Virus record (IMG/VR): IMGVR_UViG_3300040815_002027
Reading direction: 5' to 3' (one strand)
DNA: 64,000 bases
DNA from: a virus
Shown: piece by piece, positions 10,631 to 20,616 of the stretch
Numbering within the stretch: the stretch's first letter is position 1
Layout: every line of letters starts with the position of its first letter
The notes under the pieces: model-generated
The model's input: the letters and a program-made list of their open reading frames with translations, nothing else
Databases searched by the model: none
Told to the model about the DNA's origin: nothing
Position numbers and translations under genes: made by a program

Positions 10631-10927
10631 ATGAAAAGATACCAACTATACTCAGATATTATACGAGATAACTTATCTAACAAACAAAGAATATCTTCTA
10701 CTTACTATCCTACTATACCTTATAGAGAGTCTGATATTTACATATATAGTAAATCAAACCATAGACTAGATATACTAGCTTATGAATATTATGATAATCA
10801 GACCTTTTGGTGGGTAATAGCTAGAGCAAACAATTTAGGGAAAGGAACATTTAATGTACCTCCAGGTATAAGATTAAGAATACCTTTTCCTGTAGACGAG
10901 TTATTTTTAACTGAAATATCGCAATAG
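10631..10927 (+). CDS. LysM-like baseplate wedge protein (gp53/tail X-like)
   Basis: RLDILAYEYY....WWVIARAN....G..LRIP. Confidence 0.8.
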   Translation: MKRYQLYSDIIRDNLSNKQRISSTYYPTIPYRESDIYIYSKSNHRLDILAYEYYDNQTFWWVIARANNLGKGTFNVPPGIRLRIPFPVDELFLTEISQ

Positions 10928-10928
10928 T

Positions 10929-12992
10929 ATGAGTTTATTAAGGCAGCCTTTTGATAGTCAGGTTAAGTCTATATTAGATACTAGAAAAGCAGAACATCAG
11001 AGGATGCTTAATGGAGGTATTGATACAACAGGAAATTACTCTAGAAGACTTCCTGCTTGGGCTAAGATAACTATCCCAGGAACTAATGCTCCTGAGATTG
11101 TTATGAACAGAGAAGGCTTTCAGGGAAAATACGATCAAAGTCACGGTAGACCTAAAGAAGCTTCTTTAAAATCTATAACTATTAGAAGAGTTACTGGATA
11201 TGCTCCTAGAGTAAACTTAACTTTAGAAGTTGAGGTAGAGTTTGAAGTGTATACTTTTGAGGATTTCGAAAGATATGCTAGAGCTTATTTAAGAAGACAT
11301 CCTGAAAGAAAACCTTTGAAGATAGAGTGGGGTAATGGTGCTACTTATGGGGGAAGAGGTGCTACTAATCATGAACTTAACGGTGCTATGGTATTAGCTG
11401 GAGGTTTTACTAATTCTGAATTAAATACTTACCAATGTAAGTTTACAGCAATAGGCCCTGCTAATGCTATATGTGAGTTAGATATTTTTGGAATGAGGGA
11501 TTTAAAAGGCATCTTCAAAGGGCAAAAGTTCAAGTTTCAAAGAGTAGGTCAAGACGGATATACAGAAGTCTCTAATATTATAGAGAAGATAATGCACGAC
11601 CTTCAGTATACTAAAAATAATGAACTGTTAGTAACACAAGATAAAAAGAACGGAGAAGAACCAGAACTATTTACAGACGGTTCTAGAGAAGGTATAGAGA
11701 CTCCTGATAAAGTTGGGAAGATCTTTTCTCCTTTTAAAGGTTCTAAAGCACCAAATCTATTAGGTAGAGTGTTTAATCAGACAGGAGAGCAGTCAGGTAT
11801 AGAGAGTGATGCTCATGAGTATCTTTCTTTAGAGTATGTTGTCTGGTTGATTAATAGTACAGTACTTAGAACTGTCGTAGATAAATGTGGTCAACAGTTA
11901 GATTATAGGATAGTGTTCGAGGATAATGATAGGCATTACTCAAAAATAACTAAAGACTTAGGACATTTTAGATCAGCTAATCCTATAGAGGTTCTATTCT
12001 TAGACTTTACAGGAGCTTGTGGTAAGTATTGTGTAGATGGCGATTGTGAAGCAGGAAAGGACTTTAATATTACTCCTGGAGGTGTATCTGACTTTGCTGA
12101 GTGTGTAGACTTAGGACAAGCTAAATTAAATCACAAGAAGATACTCATAGACAGGCGTTCTGTTATAAGCCCTTTATTAGATGTTATAGAAAAAAGACAA
12201 AAAGAATCTGATGATAAGAAGAAGAATAGTCTTAGAATGGATAGGGAGTCAGACAATATATTAAAAGTTAATACTTTTTTTAGTGTGTTATTTGATAAGA
12301 TCAATAGAGCGTCAGGAGGCTACGTTAATTTATCTTTGAAGAACTATGAGCCTAGTAAAGTAAAAGACCCCAGAGAGGCTCAGAAACTTATAATAACGGA
12401 CACTAATACTATATGGGACGATGCTCCTTTAAATATGTTAGACCCTGTAAAGGGGGATGGCAGTACTTTTAGAGTTTCTTTGGACGGTAAACTACCAGAC
12501 AACTTATTGGCACTATCTTTAATTCCTGGTTTAGAGGAAGGTTCTGGAACTAGCGGTAAATATTCTCAAGACGATACTGCCTTAAATGAGTTGTTTATAA
12601 GACTTATAGAGCTAAAAGCTAAACTAACAAGCGATCAAGTTAATGATGGTTGCTATGCTAAGATGGCTAGTAAAAACTTTGATCCTACTACAGTACAAGA
12701 TACCGTATCAACTTTAGCAGAGTACAGAAAAGTTTCTATGGCTTTAAAGTTACTACAAGGTTCTCCTTTCGAGAAATTTGATTTTGTTGAGTATTTTGAT
12801 ATTTCTATGAATATAGAGATGGAAGGTGTATTTCCTATAATAGCTGGAAACATATTTTCATCTAAAAACTTACCTTCTTTTGCACGACCTGATAATAAAG
12901 TAGGTTTTGTTGCTTTAGACATAGAAGATAGGATAGAAGCTCCAGGATTTTGGACCACAACAGTACAAGCAAGATTAACACCTTATGTTTAA
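10929..12992 (+). CDS. Putative baseplate hub / tail-associated protein
   Basis: Position after the LysM protein; C-terminal IEMEG...GNIF...LP and W.TTV pattern of hub proteins. Confidence 0.5.
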   Translation: MSLLRQPFDSQVKSILDTRKAEHQRMLNGGIDTTGNYSRRLPAWAKITIPGTNAPEIVMNREGFQGKYDQSHGRPKEASLKSITIRRVTGYAPRVNLTLEVEVEFEVYTFEDFERYARAYLRRHPERKPLKIEWGNGATYGGRGATNHELNGAMVLAGGFTNSELNTYQCKFTAIGPANAICELDIFGMRDLKGIFKGQKFKFQRVGQDGYTEVSNIIEKIMHDLQYTKNNELLVTQDKKNGEEPELFTDGSREGIETPDKVGKIFSPFKGSKAPNLLGRVFNQTGEQSGIESDAHEYLSLEYVVWLINSTVLRTVVDKCGQQLDYRIVFEDNDRHYSKITKDLGHFRSANPIEVLFLDFTGACGKYCVDGDCEAGKDFNITPGGVSDFAECVDLGQAKLNHKKILIDRRSVISPLLDVIEKRQKESDDKKKNSLRMDRESDNILKVNTFFSVLFDKINRASGGYVNLSLKNYEPSKVKDPREAQKLIITDTNTIWDDAPLNMLDPVKGDGSTFRVSLDGKLPDNLLALSLIPGLEEGSGTSGKYSQDDTALNELFIRLIELKAKLTSDQVNDGCYAKMASKNFDPTTVQDTVSTLAEYRKVSMALKLLQGSPFEKFDFVEYFDISMNIEMEGVFPIIAGNIFSSKNLPSFARPDNKVGFVALDIEDRIEAPGFWTTTVQARLTPYV

Positions 12993-12995
12993 TTT

Positions 12996-13514
12996 ATGGA
13001 TATATTACAATCTAAATTAGGCGATTTTTATACATTAGACGGACAGCCGTACAAAGGATCTTATTATATAGAGAAAGGTACTAATATTGCGTACACTTAC
13101 TCTCCTAACACTAAAAAAAGAAAAGTACTTGTACCTTATTATGTACATAATACAGAAACAGTTAGGATGAGAACTAACATAAAAGGAGGCTATAAGTCTC
13201 CTTCTTCCTATAAACCTTCTCCTACTGATTATGATTATAGGTATGGGTATGTAATAAGATACTTTTTACAGAAGAGAACTTCTCCCGAAAATTCTATAAT
13301 AGAAGTTAATGAGGATGATTATAACGCAGTATCTCCTAATCCTTCTTCTACAAAAATTGACGAGAAGTCTTATAACAGCTTAGAACTTTTTTGGACTATA
13401 ACAGGAAATAAGAGTTATGTGGCAAATGCTAATATGATAGTTTTAGATAAGTCTGAGAAAATATTTCCTGGTATTAAAAAATTTCTATCAAATTTATTAG
13501 AATTTTATAAATAA
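12996..13514 (+). CDS. Phage hypothetical protein (end of tail module)
   Basis: Y.G.Y and P.PT..DY..GY..RYF motifs. Confidence 0.6.
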   Translation: MDILQSKLGDFYTLDGQPYKGSYYIEKGTNIAYTYSPNTKKRKVLVPYYVHNTETVRMRTNIKGGYKSPSSYKPSPTDYDYRYGYVIRYFLQKRTSPENSIIEVNEDDYNAVSPNPSSTKIDEKSYNSLELFWTITGNKSYVANANMIVLDKSEKIFPGIKKFLSNLLEFYK

Positions 13515-13519
13515 AGAAG

Positions 13520-13527
13520 TATATTTG
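13520..13527 (+). promoter_or_regulatory. Bacteroidota-type -7 promoter element TATATTTG
   Basis: Matches TAnnTTTG; copies at 13520, 15183, 28303, 42629 and 50909 (the last has TTTG 20 nt upstream); all precede non-structural genes. Confidence 0.6.
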
Positions 13528-13548
13528 TTTGTTATAAAGTTATGTTTA

Positions 13549-14784
13549 ATGAAATTAGTTATCTGTTTGCCTACAAGCAATTCTCATTATTTAGAATCGA
13601 ACATATCTCATATTGCGATATGCGATACAGGTAGCAGTGTTACAAATCACTATCCTATATCTTTAACAGATATTAAAAACGTAGATCTTCCTAAGATAGA
13701 AGGCACTTGTGTGGTACTTAATAAAAGACTTTTCGATAGATTTTATGATGCCGATTCCTATGATTTAGAGACCTTTTACTGGTTAAGGTATAATAAACCC
13801 TTGGACTCTTTTGTAGACTTTAGTATTTTTAATACTTTTAAAAAGTTCTATTCTCATATAGATGATTTTTATAGGTACATTCCTTTTATGAGAGTAAAAG
13901 AGTTTTGCGAAACTTTAATTAAAAAGTTTTTAGTTTTTGATTTTACTATAAGTAAAGCTGATAAGTTTTACTCCAATGTAGTCTATAAGTGCGTGACTTA
14001 CATAGAAAGTAATGGTTTAAAAGTAGATTTAGATTTATTTAATACTGTTTTTAATAAGTCTTATTCTGAGAGTTTAGTAAAATCTTTTTACAGCTTACAC
14101 AATATTACTGGGAGACCTTCTAATACTTTCGATAATGTGAATTTTAGTGCTTTAAATAAAACAGATGACAGTAGACGGTGTTTTATAAGTAGATTTGATG
14201 GAGGTTACTTATTGGAGTTTGATTTCGATGCCTATCATATTAGGCTTATATCGCATTTGATGGGTTACGAATTGCCGAAAGAAGGTAGTGTGCATAATTA
14301 TTTAGGCAGGTATTACTTTAACAAAGACAGTTTAACGGAGCAAGAGTATATTAAGAGTAAGTCTATTACGTTTAAGTATCTCTACTCTGATGATGTACAG
14401 GCTATGGACATTCCTTTTTTTGCTAAAGCTTCTGAGTATAAAGATAGTATATGGAAAGAGTATAGTGAACTAGGTTATTTAGTCAGTCCTTTGTCTGGTA
14501 GGGTACTTAGCAAAGAAAATTTGGGCGAGATGAAAAAATCAAAACTATTTAATTATTTCATACAAATGATAGAAACGGAATTTTCTATGCTATTTATATA
14601 TAAAGTCTATAACATATTAAAAGACAGAAGATCTAAGATAATAATGTATACGTATGATTCTATACTAATAGACTTTAATGTTAACGATAAGAAAGAAGTA
14701 ATATCCGAAATAAAAGATAAAATTATTAAATCAAAAGTAAAGATAGGTAAAAACTACAAGGATATGGAGACGTATTCTTTTTGA
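13549..14784 (+). CDS. Short family A DNA polymerase-like protein (polymerase domain only)
   Basis: TGRPSN, motif A EFDFDAYH.RL, motif B K..TF..LY, motif C YDS; ATG at 13549 preferred to TTG at 13525. Confidence 0.75.
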   Translation: MKLVICLPTSNSHYLESNISHIAICDTGSSVTNHYPISLTDIKNVDLPKIEGTCVVLNKRLFDRFYDADSYDLETFYWLRYNKPLDSFVDFSIFNTFKKFYSHIDDFYRYIPFMRVKEFCETLIKKFLVFDFTISKADKFYSNVVYKCVTYIESNGLKVDLDLFNTVFNKSYSESLVKSFYSLHNITGRPSNTFDNVNFSALNKTDDSRRCFISRFDGGYLLEFDFDAYHIRLISHLMGYELPKEGSVHNYLGRYYFNKDSLTEQEYIKSKSITFKYLYSDDVQAMDIPFFAKASEYKDSIWKEYSELGYLVSPLSGRVLSKENLGEMKKSKLFNYFIQMIETEFSMLFIYKVYNILKDRRSKIIMYTYDSILIDFNVNDKKEVISEIKDKIIKSKVKIGKNYKDMETYSF

Positions 14785-14803
14785 GGAGAAACACTTAAAA
14801 ACT

Positions 14804-15193
14804 ATGAAAAAACAACTATTATGCACATTTAGCCCAAAAGCTTCTTTGAGTTTAACTATGGACTATGTGTCTACTTTTTACAAAATAAGTAACAACAGAA
14901 TATATCTGTACTCTGAGGAGGATGCTTACGACAACTACATACTATTCTATAACATTGAGGATAATATTAGAGGCGGTCTAGCAAAGCACACTATACTAGT
15001 ACATAGAAAAGTACAGAGTAATAGTTTCTATACTATTAACGCTTTGAATGCTTTAATAAAAAGAGTTAATAATGGAGTGTTAGATAAGTCCTACCAAGTA
15101 GATTGGAATAGTTACGCAAACACTTTATTGATAATAAAAGAAGGAAATTTAGAAATGGTTAACATAGTTTTCGAAAAATCTTTATATTTGTAG
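14804..15193 (+). CDS. Phage hypothetical protein
   Basis: LLCTF, HRK..SN..YTINALN motif; in the replication module. Confidence 0.65.
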   Translation: MKKQLLCTFSPKASLSLTMDYVSTFYKISNNRIYLYSEEDAYDNYILFYNIEDNIRGGLAKHTILVHRKVQSNSFYTINALNALIKRVNNGVLDKSYQVDWNSYANTLLIIKEGNLEMVNIVFEKSLYL

Positions 15194-15221
15194 ATATTTT
15201 TTAATTATTAAATTTTAAGTT

Positions 15222-15995
15222 ATGTCAGAAATTAATTTGACCGCATTGCACAAATTGAGAAATTCTTCTATTGGTTTTAAAAAAAGAACTAACTCTATTG
15301 GAGATTATCTATGGACACCTCCAGAAGGTACGTCTACTGTTAGGATTCTTCCTTATGTACACCAAAAGGACATGCCTTTTGTTAGGATGTTTTTTCATTT
15401 TAACTTTCTAAAAGATGTTAGGGTACTTCTATCTCCTAGAACTTTTGGGGATAATGACCCTATTGATAGGTTTGGAGACTCTTTACGAGAGTCTGGAGAC
15501 CCTAGTAAGATCGAACTTGCAGATAGAGAGTACACTTCAGTAGAGAAGTTTTACTGTCCTATATTGATTAGAGGTCAGGAGGATAAAGGGATTAAGCTGT
15601 GGGCTTTGCACAGTAGTATTTTTAATGATCTTGTTGACCAGATTAGTTTAGTTGGCAGTAATTTCTTAGACTTGAAAGAGGGTAGAGATATTAATATTCG
15701 CTACTCAAAAAGTCCTAATTATGCTTATAAGGTACAGTTTGCTTCGCAACCAAGCCAGGCTTTTTCAGATCCTTCTTTTATAGAGAAACTTAAAGCTTTT
15801 CCTAATATTCAAGATTTGTATAAGAAGTATTCTATTGAAGAGATTCAGACTTTATTAGATAGAAAATTAGGATACACAGATCCTAGTAAAGTTTTTGTTA
15901 CCGATACCGCTCCACAATTTGATAGTTCTGCTATTTCTACTAATAGTGATAACTCCTCTAGCTTTGATGATTTGGTTAAAAATTTTGATTTTTAA
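15222..15995 (+). CDS. ssDNA-binding protein (T4 gp32-like)
   Basis: W.P..G...VRILP, PF....FH, D...GRD, acidic C-terminal tail. Confidence 0.8.
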   Translation: MSEINLTALHKLRNSSIGFKKRTNSIGDYLWTPPEGTSTVRILPYVHQKDMPFVRMFFHFNFLKDVRVLLSPRTFGDNDPIDRFGDSLRESGDPSKIELADREYTSVEKFYCPILIRGQEDKGIKLWALHSSIFNDLVDQISLVGSNFLDLKEGRDINIRYSKSPNYAYKVQFASQPSQAFSDPSFIEKLKAFPNIQDLYKKYSIEEIQTLLDRKLGYTDPSKVFVTDTAPQFDSSAISTNSDNSSSFDDLVKNFDF

Positions 15996-16013
15996 ATAAT
16001 TTAAATAGTAAAA

Positions 16014-17192
16014 ATGTCTAAAAAAAATAAAGTTGAGGGGGATGCCCTTCTGAATATAGGTAGGATGTTGACTGATGAGCTGAATAAGCACTACAAGAAC
16101 TCAGACAACAAGGCTTACTTTTTAGGAGAAGAGGAGGAAGCCGTTTCTAGTGTTACAGATTTTGTGTCCACTGGATGTACTCCTTTAGATTATGCTATTG
16201 CAAATAGGAGGAATGGTGGTATACCTGTAGGTAGGATTACTGAGATATACGGATTAGAAGGTAGCGGTAAATCTTTATTAGCCGCTCACCTTACTAAGTC
16301 TACACAACAAAAAGGCGGTCAAGTAGTCTACATAGATACTGAAAGTGCTGTAAGTAAGGAGTTTTTCTCTGCTATAGGTGTAGATTTAGATCGACTTATT
16401 CTAATACCTTTATCGGCTATAGAGGATATTTTTGAAACAATAGAAAAAGTTATTCATTCTTTTAGAGAGAAGAGTAAGGATATTCCTTTAACTATTATCG
16501 TAGACTCTATTATGGGGGCTACTACAAAAAAGGAGTTTGAGTCTGATTATCAAAAAGACGGATATGCTACTGACAAGTCTATTATAATCAGTAAGGCTAT
16601 GAGAAAGATGACTAACTTTGTAGGTATTAAGAAGGTAACTTTAGTATTTACTAATCAGTTAAGAATTAATCTTAATGCAGGTCCTTTTAGCCCTGATAAA
16701 TATATTACAAGTGGGGGTAAGGCTATTCCATTTGCCGCTTCTGTTCGTATACGTTTGAAGAGGGTAGGTAAGATACCTACACAAGGCACTGAGCTTTTAG
16801 GTTATAAGACAGAAGCTACTATTGATAAAAATAGATTAGGACCTCCCAAAAGAAAAGTTAATTACAGTATCTACTTTTCTAGAGGTATGGATGATATTGA
16901 TAGTATTTTAGAAGCTTTAGTTGACTATAACATTATAAGTAAGACTGGTGCTTGGAACTCTTTTACGTATAAAGACAAAGTTACTGGGGAGAAACATGAT
17001 ACTATTAAATTTCAAAATAAAGATTTTGTAGATTTAGTATTTAGCGATCCTTTATATAACGAGTATCTTTTAGATGAACTTGAGAAAGCTATGGTCATCC
17101 CTTATGATCCAGATAGTACTTTTGAAAAGATCTCTTACCAGGAAGATTCTAGTAAGCCTTTAGATGCTGATAGTATATTAGACTTTGACTAA
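16014..17192 (+). CDS. recA: RecA/UvsX recombinase
   Basis: GGIPVGRITEIYGLEGSGKS, YIDTE, IIVDS, FTNQLR, TSGGKA..F.ASVR. Confidence 0.92.
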   Translation: MSKKNKVEGDALLNIGRMLTDELNKHYKNSDNKAYFLGEEEEAVSSVTDFVSTGCTPLDYAIANRRNGGIPVGRITEIYGLEGSGKSLLAAHLTKSTQQKGGQVVYIDTESAVSKEFFSAIGVDLDRLILIPLSAIEDIFETIEKVIHSFREKSKDIPLTIIVDSIMGATTKKEFESDYQKDGYATDKSIIISKAMRKMTNFVGIKKVTLVFTNQLRINLNAGPFSPDKYITSGGKAIPFAASVRIRLKRVGKIPTQGTELLGYKTEATIDKNRLGPPKRKVNYSIYFSRGMDDIDSILEALVDYNIISKTGAWNSFTYKDKVTGEKHDTIKFQNKDFVDLVFSDPLYNEYLLDELEKAMVIPYDPDSTFEKISYQEDSSKPLDADSILDFD

Positions 17193-17196
17193 TAGT

Positions 17197-18219
17197 ATGG
17201 ACGATAGCATTTTAGAACACTATAAAAAGTTTAGAGAAAACCAATACACCTCTAATAAGAGTAACGTAGTAATTATAGACGGTTTTAACTTGTTTATAAG
17301 ACACTATGAGGTTAATCCTAGAATAGATTCTACGGGATATCTTATAGGAGGTGTTTATGGTTTTTTTCAGAATCTTAAGAAAGTGTGTAAAGATTACATA
17401 CCTAAAGAGATATTTATTGTCTTTGATGGCAAAGGAGGAAGTCTTAGGAGAAAGAAGTTGCTAAAAGAATATAAGTCCTATAGAACTCCTTCTTCAAAAT
17501 ATAATAGATTTCCAGATACAAAAGGTGCTGTAGATGAAAATAATGAGAGAGCTTATCAGTTCTCTCAATTATTTGAAACTTTATCTTATTTGCCTATTAA
17601 GGTATTATCTGTAGATTATATAGAGGCTGATGACTGTATATCTTATTTATGTAGAGAGGTGTTTAGTTCTGAGGAGTATCTTAAAATAATTGTTAGTACA
17701 GATAAAGATTTTTTACATTTAATAGATGATAATACTTTTATCTATAGCCATGTAAAAAAACAACTTATAGATAAAGATAGAATGGTCTCTGAGTATGGGT
17801 ATTTACCTTTGAACTACTTAACTTTAAGATGCTTTACTGGCGACAGATCTGATAATATTAAAGGTGTAAAATATGTTGGCGAGAAGGGCTTAAACAAACA
17901 TTTTGACCTAGACTCTAAAGATACTGTCCTAGATGTAGAAACTGTTATAGAGAAAGCAGAAGAAGCTCTTAGCTCAGGTAAGAAAGATAAAATATTTGAG
18001 AATATAGTAAATAATAAACTTACTATAGACAGAAACTATAATCTTATGCAGTTACTAGAACCTTCTATATCTTCTATGAACAAAACTTTAATTAGCAACA
18101 TAATAGAAAAAGATCCTTTTGATTTTGATGCTAAATCTTTTTTTAGTAAATTGAGCGACTTCGGTTTTAATGTCGATAGAGATGAAATGAATTTTTGGTT
18201 ACGTATATTTAAAAAGTAG
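17197..18219 (+). CDS. 5'-3' exonuclease / flap endonuclease (T4 RNase H-like)
   Basis: IIDGFN, VFDGKGGS..R, EADD, STDKDF, GDRSDNIKGV. Confidence 0.9.
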   Translation: MDDSILEHYKKFRENQYTSNKSNVVIIDGFNLFIRHYEVNPRIDSTGYLIGGVYGFFQNLKKVCKDYIPKEIFIVFDGKGGSLRRKKLLKEYKSYRTPSSKYNRFPDTKGAVDENNERAYQFSQLFETLSYLPIKVLSVDYIEADDCISYLCREVFSSEEYLKIIVSTDKDFLHLIDDNTFIYSHVKKQLIDKDRMVSEYGYLPLNYLTLRCFTGDRSDNIKGVKYVGEKGLNKHFDLDSKDTVLDVETVIEKAEEALSSGKKDKIFENIVNNKLTIDRNYNLMQLLEPSISSMNKTLISNIIEKDPFDFDAKSFFSKLSDFGFNVDRDEMNFWLRIFKK

Positions 18220-18221
18220 AT

Positions 18222-19541
18222 ATGACAGATAGTTTTAATGTTTATGGAAGGGACTTTGAGACAAAAGTAGTCGCTTCCATATTAGAAGATAGTTCTTTTT
18301 TGGCACAGGCATCAGACATACTCAAGCCAGAGTACTTTGTTAATCCTTCATATTCTTGGGTAGTATCTTCTATATTGAGCTACTATGAGGAATACAAAAA
18401 GTCACCATCTTCTACAGTTATAAAGACTGAGATAGTAAATTCTGGGCGAGATGATAACTTCAAAACTGAAGCTTTCTTGTTTCTTAAAGATGCTAATGAA
18501 CAGTTAAAGTCCTCAGATCTATCTTATGTAAAAGATAAAGTATTACAGTTCTGTAAGAACAATGCTTTGAGAATAGCTATAAAAGATTCTATTCCTTTAC
18601 TAGAAAAGAACGATTTTGATTCAGTTAAGGTACTGATAGATAAGGCACATAAAATAGGCATGTCTAAAGATATCGGACATGTTTATAAAGATTCCTTTGA
18701 TCTTAGGTATTCGGAAGAGAGTAGGTATGCAGTAAAAACTCCCTGGAGTCCTATTAATAGGATAAGTCAAGGAGGCTTAGGTCCAGGAGAGTTAGGTATA
18801 GTAGTGGCTCCTTCTGGAGCAGGTAAGTCTTGGGTACTTAGTTCTTTAGGAGCATCCGCCGCAAAAGAAGGAAAGACAGTAGTACACTATACTTTAGAGT
18901 TAAATAAGATCTACACTTCTAAAAGATATGATAGTATTTTTAGTAAGTTTCAAAACTCAGAACTAGAAGTAAATAAAGAAGAGGTTAGGAAGATAGTAGA
19001 ATCTCTTAAAGGTAATATTGTTGTACAAGATTATCCTTCTAAAGGAGCTTCTATTAATACTATAAGAGGACATTTAGATAGGTGTATTGCTAATGAAATA
19101 GTTCCTGATCTTATTATAGTTGATTATGCTGATTTGTTGAAAGGAGGACATAAGGAGTTAAGAACAGAGTTAAACCAAATTTATATGAGTCTTAGGGAGC
19201 TGTCTAGTGAGTACAACTGTCCTGTATGGACTGCTTCTCAAAGTAATAGGTCTTCTATTGATGAGGAAGTAATACAAGCCAATAGGATAGCAGAAGATTA
19301 TTCTAAGATAGCTACTGGTGATTTTATAATATCTTTGGCTAGAAGGACAGAGGATAAGACTTCTGGTATCGCTAACATGCATATAATAAAAAATAGGTTT
19401 GGTCCTGATGGTATGACCTTTCCTTGTAGGTTCAACGCTTCTATAGGAGATATAGAAGTTCTGGAGAATCCTATAGATAATGCTGTATCACGTCCTGCTG
19501 TGAGTGGTAGTTTTGATGTTTCTAATTTTAGTTTTGATTAA
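18222..19541 (+). CDS. Replicative DnaB-like helicase (gp41-like)
   Basis: GELG...APSGAGKS, YTLEL, IVDYADL, WTASQ.NR, KNRFG. Confidence 0.92.
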   Translation: MTDSFNVYGRDFETKVVASILEDSSFLAQASDILKPEYFVNPSYSWVVSSILSYYEEYKKSPSSTVIKTEIVNSGRDDNFKTEAFLFLKDANEQLKSSDLSYVKDKVLQFCKNNALRIAIKDSIPLLEKNDFDSVKVLIDKAHKIGMSKDIGHVYKDSFDLRYSEESRYAVKTPWSPINRISQGGLGPGELGIVVAPSGAGKSWVLSSLGASAAKEGKTVVHYTLELNKIYTSKRYDSIFSKFQNSELEVNKEEVRKIVESLKGNIVVQDYPSKGASINTIRGHLDRCIANEIVPDLIIVDYADLLKGGHKELRTELNQIYMSLRELSSEYNCPVWTASQSNRSSIDEEVIQANRIAEDYSKIATGDFIISLARRTEDKTSGIANMHIIKNRFGPDGMTFPCRFNASIGDIEVLENPIDNAVSRPAVSGSFDVSNFSFD

Positions 19542-19615
19542 TTTTTTATTATTTTAGTCTTGTTTTTAGGTTATAGTTTTATATTTATAGTTGCATTCAT
19601 TTTAAAATAACTGCT

Positions 19616-20599
19616 ATGGAAAAGAGAAGAATTTTCGATGGTAGAACTAACATTCTACCATACGACTACCCGTCTTTACTTGAATATAAAGACGCTATTA
19701 GACACTCCTATTGGATTGATACAGAGTATAACTTTACTACAGACATTAACGATTTTAAAGTGAATGTATCTGAGTTAGAGCGGAGTATCATAAAAAAGAC
19801 TATGCTGGCAATATCTCAGATAGAGGTTAATGTAAAAACCTTTTGGGCAGATATGTACAAACGCATGCCTATTACTGAGATAGGTGATGTGGGTATGACT
19901 TTTGCCGAGAGTGAGGTAAGGCATAAAGATGCCTATGCACGTTTACTTAGAATTTTAGGATTAGAAGATGAGTTTAGGACTGTTGTGGATATTCCTGCTA
20001 TTAAAGATCGTATTGCCTATTTGTCTAAATATTTAGATGGTACTAGAAGTAGAGACGATAAAATGTATACTAAATCTGTATTATTATTTTCTCTATTCAT
20101 TGAGCATGTTTCTTTGTTTAGCCAGTTCCTTATTATGATGTCTTTTAATAAAGAAAAGAACATATTCAAAGGCATATCTAATGTTGTAGAAGCTACTTCT
20201 AAAGAAGAAGATATACATGGTAATTTTGGTGCGGAGATAATTAATATAATAAGAAAAGAGTATCCAGAGTGGTTTGATGATGACTTTACTTCTTTAATTT
20301 ATTCTGCATGTAATAAAGCCTATAAAGCAGAGTGTAAGATTTTAGATTGGATATTCGAAAATGGAGAATTAGAATTTTTATCAAAGAAGACTATTCAACA
20401 TTTTATTATGAATAGATTTAATAATTCTTTGGAGAAGATTGGAATAAAACCTTTATTTGCTGTAGATGCGACTGAATTAGAAAAAACTAAGTGGTTTGAT
20501 GTAGAGGTAACTTCTACTAAGGAAGGAGACTTTTTCTATAAGAGACAAATAGACTATTCTAAAAAACAGAAGTCTATTACTGAAGATGATTTATTTTAA
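19616..20599 (+). CDS. nrdB: Ribonucleotide reductase class I beta subunit
   Basis: ESEVRH..AY, EHVSLFSQF, EEDIH di-metal ligands; DFF.KR..DY tail. Confidence 0.93.
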   Translation: MEKRRIFDGRTNILPYDYPSLLEYKDAIRHSYWIDTEYNFTTDINDFKVNVSELERSIIKKTMLAISQIEVNVKTFWADMYKRMPITEIGDVGMTFAESEVRHKDAYARLLRILGLEDEFRTVVDIPAIKDRIAYLSKYLDGTRSRDDKMYTKSVLLFSLFIEHVSLFSQFLIMMSFNKEKNIFKGISNVVEATSKEEDIHGNFGAEIINIIRKEYPEWFDDDFTSLIYSACNKAYKAECKILDWIFENGELEFLSKKTIQHFIMNRFNNSLEKIGIKPLFAVDATELEKTKWFDVEVTSTKEGDFFYKRQIDYSKKQKSITEDDLF

Positions 20600-20616
20600 A
20601 TTAAAAGATTAAAGAA